Below, piece by piece: positions 9,673 through 19,771 of a stretch of 64,000 nt of DNA. Origin of the DNA: Thermoproteota archaeon (GTDB lineage Archaea; Korarchaeota; Korarchaeia; B14-G2). The notes beneath the pieces are model-generated. The model did no database searches. It had not been told where the DNA came from and saw only the letters and a list, made by a program, of their open reading frames with translations. Both the position numbers and the translations under genes were made by a program. Within the stretch, counting starts at the first letter, position 1, and each line of letters opens with the position of its first letter. The stretch lies in the NCBI GenBank assembly GCA_037917675.1, contig JAVCBW010000051.1:1-64000 (forward strand), in the 5' to 3' direction.

Positions 9673-10465
9673 GATAATAACTGTAGGAAATGAGCTTCTA
9701 GACGGGACTGTAGTTAACACGAATGCAGCCTGGCTTGCTAAGAGGATAAGCGAGCTAGGCTTCGTAGTCAGGAGGTATACTGCTGTAGGCGATGACATAA
9801 GGGAGATAGCTTCTGCTATCAGGGAGGCTATCCAAAGAGGAGCAGACTGGGTGGTGCTCTCAGGAGGCTTAGGCCCCACATTCGATGACAAGACTCTCGA
9901 GGCTGTAGCATATGCTCTAGGTAAGAGGCTTAAGCTCAACCATGAGGCATTAGAGATGGTCAGAAGGAAATATGAGAGCTACTCTAAGGAAACCGGCAGG
10001 GAAGTGGAGTTGACTAGAGAGCGTGTGAAGATGGCTATGCTCCCAGAGGGAGCTAGGCCTCTCCCAAACCCAGCTGGGACAGCACCAGGAGTCATTATAG
10101 AGTCTAGCGGAGTAACCATAGTAGCTCTCCCAGGAGTCCCAAGAGAGATGAAGGCCATATTCGAAGAGAGTATAGCCCCAGCTCTTAAGTCCAAGGGTGG
10201 TCTGAAGACTGCTAGAGTAGTGCTCAAGGTAGCTGGTGTAATGGAGTCAGCTGCAGCCCCCTATATCGAGCGTGTTATGAGAGAGCATAGAAGAGTATAT
10301 GTGAAGTCGCATCCTAAGGGGGTAGAGAAAAAGCCAGCTCTAGAGATACACCTGATATCAAGGTCGGAATCCATGGAGGAGGCAGCTAGGGAGGCTGAGA
10401 AGGCAGCTGACTATCTAAAGAGGCTTCTCGAGCTTGAAGGTGGGGAGGTAGAGGTAGCAGGCTAG
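9659..10465 (+). CDS. CinA-like molybdopterin-binding domain protein
   Basis: VGNELLDG..VNTN, SGGLGPTFDD, GTAPG, LPGVPREM. Confidence 0.9.
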   Translation: MLVFEIITVGNELLDGTVVNTNAAWLAKRISELGFVVRRYTAVGDDIREIASAIREAIQRGADWVVLSGGLGPTFDDKTLEAVAYALGKRLKLNHEALEMVRRKYESYSKETGREVELTRERVKMAMLPEGARPLPNPAGTAPGVIIESSGVTIVALPGVPREMKAIFEESIAPALKSKGGLKTARVVLKVAGVMESAAAPYIERVMREHRRVYVKSHPKGVEKKPALEIHLISRSESMEEAAREAEKAADYLKRLLELEGGEVEVAG

Positions 10466-11137
10466 ATGCGGCTCATAAGCAGGCTAGCTAAGGCGCTCGG
10501 ATTGAGAGGCCACCTAGAACCAATGGAGTACATGTCTACACATGTGAAGTACAGCATTAAGGCTATGGAGGCTCTCATAGGAATGCTAGACTCCACTGTA
10601 GCAGGCAGAGAGAAGGAGGCTTACGAGAGGCTCCAACTCCTACATGTCATGGAGAGTGAGGCAGATACTCTCAGGAGAGAAGCAATGGAGCAGCTTACAG
10701 TCAGAGGTGTGCCTCCACCACTGAGCAGACAGGACGTGATAAGGCTCATGAGGAGGCTAGACATGGTAACAGACGGCATACATGACGCAGGAAGGCTGCT
10801 TTCTGTTCTGAAGATGAGAGAAGCATGCAGAAAGCTCTATCCAGGTGTGAGGAAGCTCATGGAGCTCACGCTAAGCTGCATAAGGGAGCTAGAAGAGAGC
10901 ATAGAGCTCCTAGAGGAGGATGTGCAAAAGAGCCTAGAGAGGATGAGGAAGGTTGAGGAGCTTGAGAGAGCATGTGACATAGAGTACATGGCGCTCCTCG
11001 AGTCATTTTCAGATATGGATCTGAAGCCTGTTGAGGCAGTCCTCTTCAGAGAGCTCCTAGAGAATGTGGAGAAGATATCAGACTTCTGTGAGGACTCAGC
11101 TGACGTCCTTAAGCTAATAGCAGTCAGAGTCGGATGA
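10466..11137 (+). CDS. DUF47 / PhoU-like phosphate transport regulator
   Basis: ESEADTLRR, LDMVTD, EELERACD, EKISDFCED repeats. Confidence 0.85.
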   Translation: MRLISRLAKALGLRGHLEPMEYMSTHVKYSIKAMEALIGMLDSTVAGREKEAYERLQLLHVMESEADTLRREAMEQLTVRGVPPPLSRQDVIRLMRRLDMVTDGIHDAGRLLSVLKMREACRKLYPGVRKLMELTLSCIRELEESIELLEEDVQKSLERMRKVEELERACDIEYMALLESFSDMDLKPVEAVLFRELLENVEKISDFCEDSADVLKLIAVRVG

Positions 11138-12038
11138 CAGCCACAGCATAGGAGCAGGCCACAGCAAGTGGAACAGATGCAACCCAAGCTGAAAGCATCT
11201 TCACAGTGACCTCAATGTTTGTCTTTATCTTAGCAGCTCTAGCAGCCCCCAACATAGCTGGGAGAAGCAGCTGAGATGTTGAGACAGGAATGCCAGCTAT
11301 AGTCATCAGCTGGAGAAGCATGATAGGAGGAAGTATGAAGGCTAAGCTCACGCTAGGAGGGAAGCTCATGACTTCGAGGCCAAGTGAAGTAGCTACCCTG
11401 CTTGAAACCAGGGCTACCCCTAGCCCCATGCTGACAGCACACAGTGCTCTACCAGCTCCACCAGCATCTCTGACTGCAAGAAAGCTTCCTAAGCCTATAG
11501 TGTTTCCTCCTCTAGAGAAAGCTAGGAGCATTGAGGCAGCATATGAAGCTGCTAGCGCTCCTCTTTCAGCAGCAGCTCTCCTAGATAGCCTTCCATGAGA
11601 ATATGCTCTCATGGCCTCTAAGATCCCAGCTCCAGCTAAGTACGCTAGCAGATAGCTTATAGCTGGCAGCATACACCAGGCTAAAGCTAGCTTGGTGGCC
11701 TCAGGGAGGCTTATGCTCCTAAAGCCGACTCCAATAGCTGCTCCAGCGACCACCTGAGCTGTAGAGAGGGGGACTCCGAGCATGGCAAAGGCAGCTATGA
11801 GCACAGATGAGACAAGCCCTACGGCTTCAAGCTCAACTAAGCTAAGTGGCCTACCATAGAGCTTGGCTCCAAGCATCTGCTCAACAGCCTCACCTGAAGC
11901 CATGGCTCCTAATACAGCCATAAGCGCTCCAGCAAAGACAGGGGATCTCCTACGTGTGAAGCCCACTAGGACAGACATGCTTTCATCTGAGGAGCCTACT
12001 GCAAAGGATATCAGCAGAGCAGTAGCTAAGAGCAGCAT
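11124..12038 (-). CDS. inorganic phosphate transporter (PiT family), divergent
   Basis: GVPLSTAQVVAGA and GIPVSTSQ repeats; many TM segments; adjacent to DUF47 gene. Confidence 0.75.
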   Translation of the reverse strand: MLLLATALLISFAVGSSDESMSVLVGFTRRRSPVFAGALMAVLGAMASGEAVEQMLGAKLYGRPLSLVELEAVGLVSSVLIAAFAMLGVPLSTAQVVAGAAIGVGFRSISLPEATKLALAWCMLPAISYLLAYLAGAGILEAMRAYSHGRLSRRAAAERGALAASYAASMLLAFSRGGNTIGLGSFLAVRDAGGAGRALCAVSMGLGVALVSSRVATSLGLEVMSFPPSVSLAFILPPIMLLQLMTIAGIPVSTSQLLLPAMLGAARAAKIKTNIEVTVKMLSAWVASVPLAVACSYAVAVIRL

Positions 12039-13138
12039 GCTGCTACCTCAGCTGCAGCATACCTTCCATCGACATACATAAGGCTACCTGTGACGGCTCT
12101 AACAGCATTAGGCTGTCTCCACAGCTTGATAAGCCTCCTATAGTGCTTACTCATGTCTAGAGGCGTCCCTGAGAGCTCAGGTCCTAAGAGAACCCTCTCC
12201 CCCAAGATCTCGCAGAGATCTACTTCTCTGCCAAGCTCCCTAGACTTAAAGTAGACATCTATCATTGTAGCTCTCCTATAGGCATCTATAAGCCCTCCTG
12301 TACAGCAGTCTTGGGCTGTATGCATGTGCAGCAGCCCAGTCTTACATGTTGCGAAGGAAGCTCCTTTCCTCCTGCAGGCTTCTGATATAGCTGAGAAAGC
12401 TTCAGTCAGCTTCCTCCTGATAGCCACTAGGGCTCCAGTACCATAGCTTGTGAAGGTGTCAGGAATCCTAGAGCCAACAGCATCATAGATCCTCCTAAGT
12501 TCTGCTTCACTTGGAGCTCTGAGCCCGTCTGCTACAACATGCTTGACACCAGCTTCAATCATCCTTCTGACGAGCTCATCTAGCCAGCTGTCGCTCACAG
12601 CAGGCACATATGGCTGAAGCCTGAGAACGCATGGCACACCAGCTCTGCTGAGCTCTCTGACAGCACGTATCCTCTCACCTACCTCAGGAGCACCTGGCTC
12701 AAGCTTAGCTGCTACACTGGGGGGCAAGCTCGCTGTCAGCTGAGCCACAGCAAGCTTCCTGTCAGCCATCTCGCCGAGCAGGCTCAGGTAGGGGTCTTCA
12801 GCTATCAGGGTGCTCTTTGTGTTCACTATAACTGGGGCTTCAAGCTTTAAGGAAGCTTTAAGTGCCTTCAGAGTCCTCCTGAGCTTGAGCTCAGCAGGCT
12901 GGAGAGGGTCAGCTAGAGTCGAGACTCTAACTGGAACTGGGATTTCGCCGAGCTTCTCAGCGACCTTTCTCAGCAATTTCTCAGCTAGCTCAGGAGAGAC
13001 CACTGGGATACGCTTAACCCACCTCCTATAGCAGTACACACAGGAGTGGCTACACCATGAGTATAGCTCTAATCTGGTTGGATGAGGGCATAGCAGAGTG
13101 ACGTGGAGGGTTGCTCTCACAGTGAGCAGGCTCATCAT
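12026..13138 (-). CDS. radical SAM protein (SPL-like family)
   Basis: CSHSCVYC; DPLQPAE, NTKS, LEPGAP motifs. Confidence 0.85.
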   Translation of the reverse strand: MMSLLTVRATLHVTLLCPHPTRLELYSWCSHSCVYCYRRWVKRIPVVSPELAEKLLRKVAEKLGEIPVPVRVSTLADPLQPAELKLRRTLKALKASLKLEAPVIVNTKSTLIAEDPYLSLLGEMADRKLAVAQLTASLPPSVAAKLEPGAPEVGERIRAVRELSRAGVPCVLRLQPYVPAVSDSWLDELVRRMIEAGVKHVVADGLRAPSEAELRRIYDAVGSRIPDTFTSYGTGALVAIRRKLTEAFSAISEACRRKGASFATCKTGLLHMHTAQDCCTGGLIDAYRRATMIDVYFKSRELGREVDLCEILGERVLLGPELSGTPLDMSKHYRRLIKLWRQPNAVRAVTGSLMYVDGRYAAAEVAACCS

Positions 13139-13623
13139 ACTACCTTAAACAGCTCTCCTATAGGCTTTTTCGGCGCGCGAGGATGGTGCTCTGCTGGCTT
13201 GCCTACTGCTATCATCGCGACGACGTCTTCTTCAGGAGGTATGGCCAGTATGCTTCTTATGAGGTTTCTACTGAATGCTGTAAGCCAGCAGCTGCCCAAG
13301 CCCAGCTCAACAGCCTGGAGAACTATATGCTCTCCTGCTATCGCTGCATCTATCTTATACCAAGGTGAGTCTCTAGGCTTACCGACTATCACAAATATTG
13401 CTGAAGCATCTCTTATGAACGATGCCTCCCAGACTGCTTCAGAGAGCCTCCTCTTCACCCTATCACTTACAACTACGATGAAGTAGTATGGTTGGATGTT
13501 CTTAACTGAGGGAGCTAGCTGGGCTGCTTTCATGAGGGCTTTAAGCTCCTCATCAGAGAGCTTGTAGCCTGCTACATAAGACCTCACACTTCTCCTAGCT
13601 TCTATCGCAGCCTTGACATCCAT
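13135..13623 (-). CDS. nitroreductase family protein
   Basis: RRSVRSY, APS..NIQP, GLGSCW. Confidence 0.9.
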   Translation of the reverse strand: MDVKAAIEARRSVRSYVAGYKLSDEELKALMKAAQLAPSVKNIQPYYFIVVVSDRVKRRLSEAVWEASFIRDASAIFVIVGKPRDSPWYKIDAAIAGEHIVLQAVELGLGSCWLTAFSRNLIRSILAIPPEEDVVAMIAVGKPAEHHPRAPKKPIGELFKVV

Positions 13624-13683
13624 CTTGAGCCCTGAGACGGAGGCTTAAGCTTTTATAACTCTTGCCAGCTGCTTTCATCCAGC

Positions 13684-14362
13684 TTGAGAGCCATGAGGAT
13701 TGTAGCTAGAGCTATAGCGAGCCCACATAGCCTCTTTGAGGAGATGAGGAGCAGAGACATGCTCAGAGAATGCATCATGATCCTCGTGCTGGCTTCAGCT
13801 CTGGCATCGGTCTCAACTGCAGCTTCCTACCTGCTGGTCTCCATTGAGTTTGCAGAGCCTGTCCCAGATGTGGTTGCAGCCGAAGTCAGCAGAATCAGGC
13901 TTATAGAAGCTATAGTTTCGGCTCTAACTCCTCTTACAGGCTGGCTTCTAGCTACAGCTCTAGCGCATGTTGCAGCCATGGCTCTTGGAGGATATGGGGG
14001 CATCAAAGAAACTGCGTCGATAACTCTGGTATCGCTCAGTGCCATGATACCATACTACCTGCTTTACAATTATGTACTCCATCCTATCTGGGAAGGCTAC
14101 CGTGGTTGTCGAGAGTACAGCTATAGCGCTTGCGCTAGAGGAAATCAGGTCGAAGGTAGCTGCTAGAGTACTTGAGGAGCCCTTGCTCAGAGCCTTAGCA
14201 ATGCTCTCCCCTTTCTTTACGGGGTGGATGGGGGCTACAGCAGGCTTAGGCGCGAGAATAGTGCACAGAGCTCCGCTATCCAGGTCAGTAGCCTTCGCCC
14301 TAGCTTTCCTACTAGGCTACACTCTCGGGAAGCTAGCTATGGTAGCAGCTATCAGTCTATGA
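13684..14362 (+). pseudogene. Yip1-family membrane protein interrupted by a +1 frameshift near 14062-14065
   Basis: ORFs 13684-14166 and 14072-14362 join into one Yip1-like TM protein if one T of CTTT is skipped. Confidence 0.6.
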
Positions 14363-15434
14363 CCATAGTGCTCTTAGCAAGGTCTTCTGCAGCCTCTCTT
14401 GTCAGCCCTGTCTCCCCTAGTATCGTGTACCTGTTTCTGACCTTATGAGCTATGGTCAGAGCTTCCACGATGAGGTCAGGGTGTATTCCAGCTTCCCTAG
14501 CTGTGACAGGGAGCCCCATAGTCTTAGCTAGCCTCCTGATCTCCATCCAGTCAAGCTCATGAAGGTAGGCCATCATTATCGTGCCAAGCGCCACCTGTAT
14601 CCCATGTGGCGCTGGGCTATGGCCTTCCCTTATCGAAAGCAGGTCTAAGGCATGTGAGAACATGTGCTCTGAGCCGCTAGCAGGCCTAGAGGATCCCGCT
14701 ATCCCTATGGCGACGCCTGAGCCTATTAGTGTCTTGACGAGAAGCCTGCTGCTCTTCTCTTCACTAGGCTTAAGCTCATGTGCATGTTGCTTGATCAGAT
14801 CGAAGCTAAGCCTAGATATGGCAGCAGCATACTCACTGTATGCCTCACCCTTCAGCTTGTGAGCTAGCTTCCAATCTCTGATAGCAGTCACTTTCGCTAG
14901 TATGTCTCCACACCCTGACCTGAATGTTATGGGAGGTGCAGTAGATATGACTTTGGTATCAGCTATTATCCCAAGAGGGGGTGTCAGCTTACTCACATCG
15001 ATGCCAGCCTTCACAGCACTTCTCTTTAGCAGGAAAGACACTGAGGGTGAGGCTATGCCATCGTGGCTAGCTGAAGTAGGCGCGCTCACATAAGGCCTCC
15101 TCAGGTTTGCTGCTACAAGCTTCCCGACATCTATGATCCTACCTCCTCCAACAGCTATGATAAACTCTGTCTTCTCCCTTTCAGCAACCCTACTTGCATC
15201 AAGGACCTCGGCTACGTCAGCTATCCTACTCTCAATAACAAACCTAGATGTCTCAAACCTGCTGTCCTCAAGTATGCTGCAGAGCCTGTCTGCTATCTTA
15301 GCTGTAGCACCTCCCCCAGACAGCACGAGAGCCTTACCCTTAAGCCCTATTTTAGCAAAGGCCTGAGGAGCCTGCTCGAGAGCTCCAGGGCCAAACAGAA
15401 TGTACCTTGGGACCTGGAAGTGCTCTAGCGCCAA
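14352..15434 (-). CDS. egsA: sn-glycerol-1-phosphate dehydrogenase
   Basis: GGGRIIDVGK, PTSASHDGIASP, SRPASGSEHMFSHALD, HGIQV, RYTILG. Confidence 0.95.
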   Translation of the reverse strand: MALEHFQVPRYILFGPGALEQAPQAFAKIGLKGKALVLSGGGATAKIADRLCSILEDSRFETSRFVIESRIADVAEVLDASRVAEREKTEFIIAVGGGRIIDVGKLVAANLRRPYVSAPTSASHDGIASPSVSFLLKRSAVKAGIDVSKLTPPLGIIADTKVISTAPPITFRSGCGDILAKVTAIRDWKLAHKLKGEAYSEYAAAISRLSFDLIKQHAHELKPSEEKSSRLLVKTLIGSGVAIGIAGSSRPASGSEHMFSHALDLLSIREGHSPAPHGIQVALGTIMMAYLHELDWMEIRRLAKTMGLPVTAREAGIHPDLIVEALTIAHKVRNRYTILGETGLTREAAEDLAKSTMVID

Positions 15435-15514
15435 GCTGCCCTACCTAGGCTGCTTCCTCTATGGCTGCTTAAAAAGTATTTTAACGAGCTAGCAGCAGGG
15501 GAGCAGGTGCTAAG

Positions 15515-16288
15515 ATGGAAAAGCTCAGAGAAGACAAGAGGCTAGCTGCATCCATCGCAGCTGCTACAGCGGTGTGCATACTACTTCTAGCCATTCCTCC
15601 ACTACTAGCTGAAAAGCCTCACGCACAGATAGAGGTCTCAGCTGATGGATGTAAGCCAGACATAGTCAGGCTAACCCAGAGCTACAAGGTCAGGGTAGTG
15701 CTGATGGAGCCTCCTACATCAGATGTCATAGTCGAGGTATATGAGTATGTATCAAATAGGACATTGGAGTCAATATCGCTTCCAGTAGGCTTAAGCACAT
15801 ATGAGCTCGAGTTCGAGGCTAAAGAAGGAAAGTATTCCATAGGCCTGCATAGCATCAGGGTAGAGTGGAGCTCTGGTGAGAGGAGCTATATGGAAGAGCA
15901 CTTTTTCAGCGTGATCTGGGCTGAACTTGAAGCTTCTATGGAGCTGTCCCAAACAGAGCTGAAAGCAGAGGTTGAAGCGAACAATACAGCAAACTTCACA
16001 GTCATAGTCAAGGTGAAGGTTGTCAACAAGCTTACAGGAGCTCCACTGAAGGATGCGAATGTCAAGGTGATGGCAGAAGAGGGGGAGATACTGAATGAAA
16101 CAGGAGTCACAGATGAGAGTGGAGTCTACACTACACTGTGGAACGCCAGCTTCACACCGAACACGACCAGGACAGTAAGCATCAAGGCGATAGCCTTCAA
16201 GAGAGGGTATAGCACAGACACCTGCTCAGCTGAAGTCAAGATATCAGTAGTCCAGAAGCCTAGAGTGGGAAGGGAGGAGGGAGGTTAG
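15515..16288 (+). CDS. membrane-anchored/secreted Ig-like domain protein
   Basis: N-terminal TM; GAPLKDANV...GVTDESG Big/carboxypeptidase-regulatory-like motif; several NxT sequons. Confidence 0.65.
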   Translation: MEKLREDKRLAASIAAATAVCILLLAIPPLLAEKPHAQIEVSADGCKPDIVRLTQSYKVRVVLMEPPTSDVIVEVYEYVSNRTLESISLPVGLSTYELEFEAKEGKYSIGLHSIRVEWSSGERSYMEEHFFSVIWAELEASMELSQTELKAEVEANNTANFTVIVKVKVVNKLTGAPLKDANVKVMAEEGEILNETGVTDESGVYTTLWNASFTPNTTRTVSIKAIAFKRGYSTDTCSAEVKISVVQKPRVGREEGG

Positions 16289-16295
16289 CTTCAGG

Positions 16296-17615
16296 TTGCC
16301 CTCCATAACATTCTATGGTGGGGTAGGTGAGGTAGGAGGAAACAAGATACTGGTCTGTGACGGCGACACAAAGCTGATGCTAGACTTCGGAGTTTCCTTC
16401 AACCTGAGGAGGAAGTTCTATATAGACCCCTATCTCACACCAAGGAGCATAGAGAGCTTACTTGAGCTGAAGGTCATACCTAGGATCCCAGGTCTCTACA
16501 AGAACAGTGAAGGTGAGAAGCCTATCGATGCCATAGTCTTAACACACCCCCACCTAGATCACTCAGGCTACATATCACTCATCAACAGGAGCATACCTGT
16601 ATACTGCGGTGAAGTGACGCTCAGTGTGCTGTCAGCTTTCGAAGAAACCACTTCAAGGAGATTTGAGCTCGACTTCGCTGGAATAGACTTCAAAACTTTC
16701 AGAACAGGAGACAGGCTGAGGATAGGCTCAGTTGAGGTAGAGCCCTGGCATGTAGACCACTCTACGCCTGGCTCCTATGGGCTTATAGTCCACACCTCAG
16801 CTGGGAGCATAGCTTATACAGGGGATTTCAGGGCACATGGCACAAAACCCCAGCTGACCCAGGACTTCATAGAGGCTGCTGCGCAAGCAGATCCAGCTGC
16901 AGTGGTGACTGAAGCAACGAATACCTCTGGAGCTGAGGTTTCGTCGGAGGAGAAGGTCAAGGAGGGCCTAATGGAGGTTGTGTCGAGGGCTGAGGGGCTC
17001 GTCCTAGCCAGCTTCAGCATAGCAGACATAGATAGGCTGAGATCCTTCATAGAGGTTGCTAGAGAGTGTGGTAGAGCTGTAGCAGTCTCCATGAGGCAAG
17101 CTTACCTGCTGGCTAAGCTTGAGCATGAACCTAAGCTAAGCGTTTCAGAGCTCCTCAAGGACATAGTGGTCTACAGGAGAGCTAAAAGGGTCTATAGGAG
17201 CTGGGAGCAAGATGTCCTCAAGAGGTTTAGACACGTTTCAGCTGAGGAGGCGTCAACCTGCCAGAGAGAGCTCATAGTAGCTGCTTCACTCTATGACTTC
17301 GAGGACATGGTGAAGATGAAGCCTAAGCCTGGAAGCTACTATATACTCTCGACATCAGAGCCTATAGACGAGGAGTCTGAGATAACCTTCACAAGGCTCC
17401 TCAGCTGGCTAGACCACTTTGGGCTACCCCTCTATCACATACATGCATCAGGTCACATTCTCCCACACCAGCTCAGGGAGAAGCTAGCTGAAATTAACCC
17501 GAAGGCCATATACCCTATACATACCCCCCAACCTAGACTAGCTGAAAGATACCTGAGTAATCTGGGGGCTAAAGTCGTGAGTGTAGCTGCTGAGGTCAGC
17601 TATAAGCTCACTTAA
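16296..17615 (+). CDS. MBL-fold beta-CASP hydrolase, RNase J-like
   Basis: GGVGEVGGN, HPHLDH, DHS, YTGDFR, HASGH, PIH. Confidence 0.85.
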   Translation: MPSITFYGGVGEVGGNKILVCDGDTKLMLDFGVSFNLRRKFYIDPYLTPRSIESLLELKVIPRIPGLYKNSEGEKPIDAIVLTHPHLDHSGYISLINRSIPVYCGEVTLSVLSAFEETTSRRFELDFAGIDFKTFRTGDRLRIGSVEVEPWHVDHSTPGSYGLIVHTSAGSIAYTGDFRAHGTKPQLTQDFIEAAAQADPAAVVTEATNTSGAEVSSEEKVKEGLMEVVSRAEGLVLASFSIADIDRLRSFIEVARECGRAVAVSMRQAYLLAKLEHEPKLSVSELLKDIVVYRRAKRVYRSWEQDVLKRFRHVSAEEASTCQRELIVAASLYDFEDMVKMKPKPGSYYILSTSEPIDEESEITFTRLLSWLDHFGLPLYHIHASGHILPHQLREKLAEINPKAIYPIHTPQPRLAERYLSNLGAKVVSVAAEVSYKLT

Positions 17616-19653
17616 AAAGCTTCTCACACCCGCTTCTCCTAGAGCACCTTGAGCAAGGCCCACATCTAGCGCAGAGCACCCATCTCCTATTCTTCTCCTT
17701 AACAGAGATGACCTTAAGCCCGCAGTTAGGACACTCGTAGTCAAGCACCTTAAGCCTTCCCCTCCTAGGCAGAGGATAGTATGTGCAGTCTCTGGTAGTA
17801 CACCAAATGAACCTCTTCCCATCTCTCCTCCTGATCAGCTTAAGCTTCCTTCCACATCTCTCACACACTCCGATGTACTCTCCAGTAGACTCCCTGATCC
17901 CTTCAGCTAGACTCCTGCCTATAGCCTTTATCCTGCTGTTAAACTCATAAACAAGCTCCTCAACCCTAGAAGCAGCCTCTCTCAAGACCTCACCTCTAGT
18001 GAGCTCTCCAGACTGGATCTTCAGGAGCTTCTCCTCAAGCTCTCTAGTCATCTCTATACTAGCTAGTGGAGGACAGTAGCTTTCAATGACCTCAGCAACC
18101 TTCACTCCAAGCTGAGTTGGCGCAAGCTGGCTTCCCTTCTTGACGACATATCCTCTGTCAATCAGCTTCTTCACCATCTCTCCTCTAGTAGCCTTTGTTC
18201 CTATCCCCTTCTCCTCAGCCCAGAGGACAAGCTTCATTGGAGTATACCTCAGAGGAGGCTTGGTCTCCTTCTCCTCAAGCTTTACTTCCCCAACCTCAAG
18301 CCTATCACCAGCCTTGAGGCTAGGCAGCCTAACCTCAGCAAATCTAGCATAAGGCCTATAGTACCTAAGCCACCCCTCATAGATGGTCCTAGAGCCTGTA
18401 GCTCTGAACTCGACTCCACCGACATCAAACCTTATAGAGATGATCTCTCTGATAGCGTCATCAGCTAAGGTAGCCATGTACCTCCTGACTATTAGGTCGT
18501 ATATCTTCATCTGAGTCTTGGTGAGCTTCTCAGGCTTAACTCCAGTAGGATATATGGCTGGGTGCGCGCTCTCTCTCCCGCCCTTCCTCCCCTCAACAGG
18601 CTTAAGCTCCTCTTTCTCAAGCAGGCTCTGAGCGAGCTCACCGTAGCCAGCTGAAGCAAGCCCGCTAAGAATCCTCCTGTGATCCAAGTCGGGAGGATAT
18701 CTCTGGCTGTCAGTCCTAGGATATGATATAGCTCCAGCCAGGTAGATGGCTTCAGCTTCTTCAATAGCTCTATCAGGAGGGAGCCTAAAGTTCCTAAAGC
18801 ACTCCCTCTGGAGCTCAGTGGTGTCAAGTGGGAGGGGAGGGCTTCTCCTAATCCTTCTTCTATCAATGCCAGCTATAACAGCGTATCCTGCTGAAGATCC
18901 CTTCCTATAAGCCTCCTCTGCCTCCTCTCTGCTCCAAAATGGGTTAAGCCTACAGGCAGCCTCCAGCACGCCACCCGGGACACGGATGGCTGCATAGACC
19001 TCCCAGTAAGGCTTAGGCTTAAACCTCTGCCTCTCAAGCTCCCTCCTAACGACCTCAATCAACATCGGAGTCTGAACTCTGCCTGCACTAAGGCTTCTCC
19101 TCCAGCCTTCAGCTAGCTTCAAAGCAGCCATCAAAGCTCTAGAGAAGGAGATCCCCCAGAGATAGTCTACCTCATGCCTAGCTCTACCTGCATCAAGCAG
19201 GTTCAAATCCAGCTTACTGAGCTCCCTCCAAGCTCTCCGAATCTCGTCTCTAGTCAGACTAGAGAATCTCATCCTCTCAACAGAGCTAAGATCTCTCATA
19301 CCGATAGCATACTCCAGCAAGTTCCCTCCTATAAGCTCCCCTTCAATATCATAGTCTGTGCACACGACAACACGCTTACTCCTCCTGTAGAGCTCTACAA
19401 TAGCCTTAATATACCTAAGAGCATCCTTTACTCCAGTAACAGGCCTCCACTCCATCCTATAGACAGGATACCCACGGTCAGGTGAGCAAACCTCATACAA
19501 GTGCCCTCTAGCTGGTACAGCAACACACCTGAAACCATCAACCTCAAACTCAAATACGCTAATGCCATGAACTCTCTTCCTAGAGACCCCTCCATCAGCT
19601 AGAGCTCTAGCTATCTTCTCAGCCTGCTTACCCTTCTCAGCAAGGAACATCAC
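17608..19653 (-). CDS. topA: DNA topoisomerase I (type IA) with C-terminal Zn ribbons
   Basis: AEK TOPRIM, DYDIEGE, SAGRVQTP, ISYPRTD catalytic Tyr, GIGTKATR. Confidence 0.95.
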   Translation of the reverse strand: MMFLAEKGKQAEKIARALADGGVSRKRVHGISVFEFEVDGFRCVAVPARGHLYEVCSPDRGYPVYRMEWRPVTGVKDALRYIKAIVELYRRSKRVVVCTDYDIEGELIGGNLLEYAIGMRDLSSVERMRFSSLTRDEIRRAWRELSKLDLNLLDAGRARHEVDYLWGISFSRALMAALKLAEGWRRSLSAGRVQTPMLIEVVRRELERQRFKPKPYWEVYAAIRVPGGVLEAACRLNPFWSREEAEEAYRKGSSAGYAVIAGIDRRRIRRSPPLPLDTTELQRECFRNFRLPPDRAIEEAEAIYLAGAISYPRTDSQRYPPDLDHRRILSGLASAGYGELAQSLLEKEELKPVEGRKGGRESAHPAIYPTGVKPEKLTKTQMKIYDLIVRRYMATLADDAIREIISIRFDVGGVEFRATGSRTIYEGWLRYYRPYARFAEVRLPSLKAGDRLEVGEVKLEEKETKPPLRYTPMKLVLWAEEKGIGTKATRGEMVKKLIDRGYVVKKGSQLAPTQLGVKVAEVIESYCPPLASIEMTRELEEKLLKIQSGELTRGEVLREAASRVEELVYEFNSRIKAIGRSLAEGIRESTGEYIGVCERCGRKLKLIRRRDGKRFIWCTTRDCTYYPLPRRGRLKVLDYECPNCGLKVISVKEKNRRWVLCARCGPCSRCSRRSGCEKLFK

Positions 19654-19679
19654 ATCATACCACAACTTAGAAGCCAACA

Positions 19680-19687
19680 CTTAAAAG
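19680..19687. promoter_or_regulatory. probable bidirectional TATA element for topA and the C/D sRNA
   Basis: CTTAAAAG about 25-30 nt from both the topA start and the sRNA 5' end. Confidence 0.5.
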
Positions 19688-19706
19688 CCACCCATCCAAC
19701 AATCTG

Positions 19707-19771
19707 ATGGCGATGATGTAGGCGAACATCTCTTGACTCCAGGATGATAGACCCAGCTCAACCTGAGCCAT
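19707..19771 (+). ncRNA. box C/D sRNA guiding 23S rRNA peptidyl-transferase-centre methylations
   Basis: Terminal stem ATGGC/GCCAT; C ATGATGT (19713), D' TTGA (19733), C' AGGATGA (19741), D CTGA (19763); guides complementary to conserved 23S UGUUCGCC and UGAGCUGGGUUUA. Confidence 0.85.
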
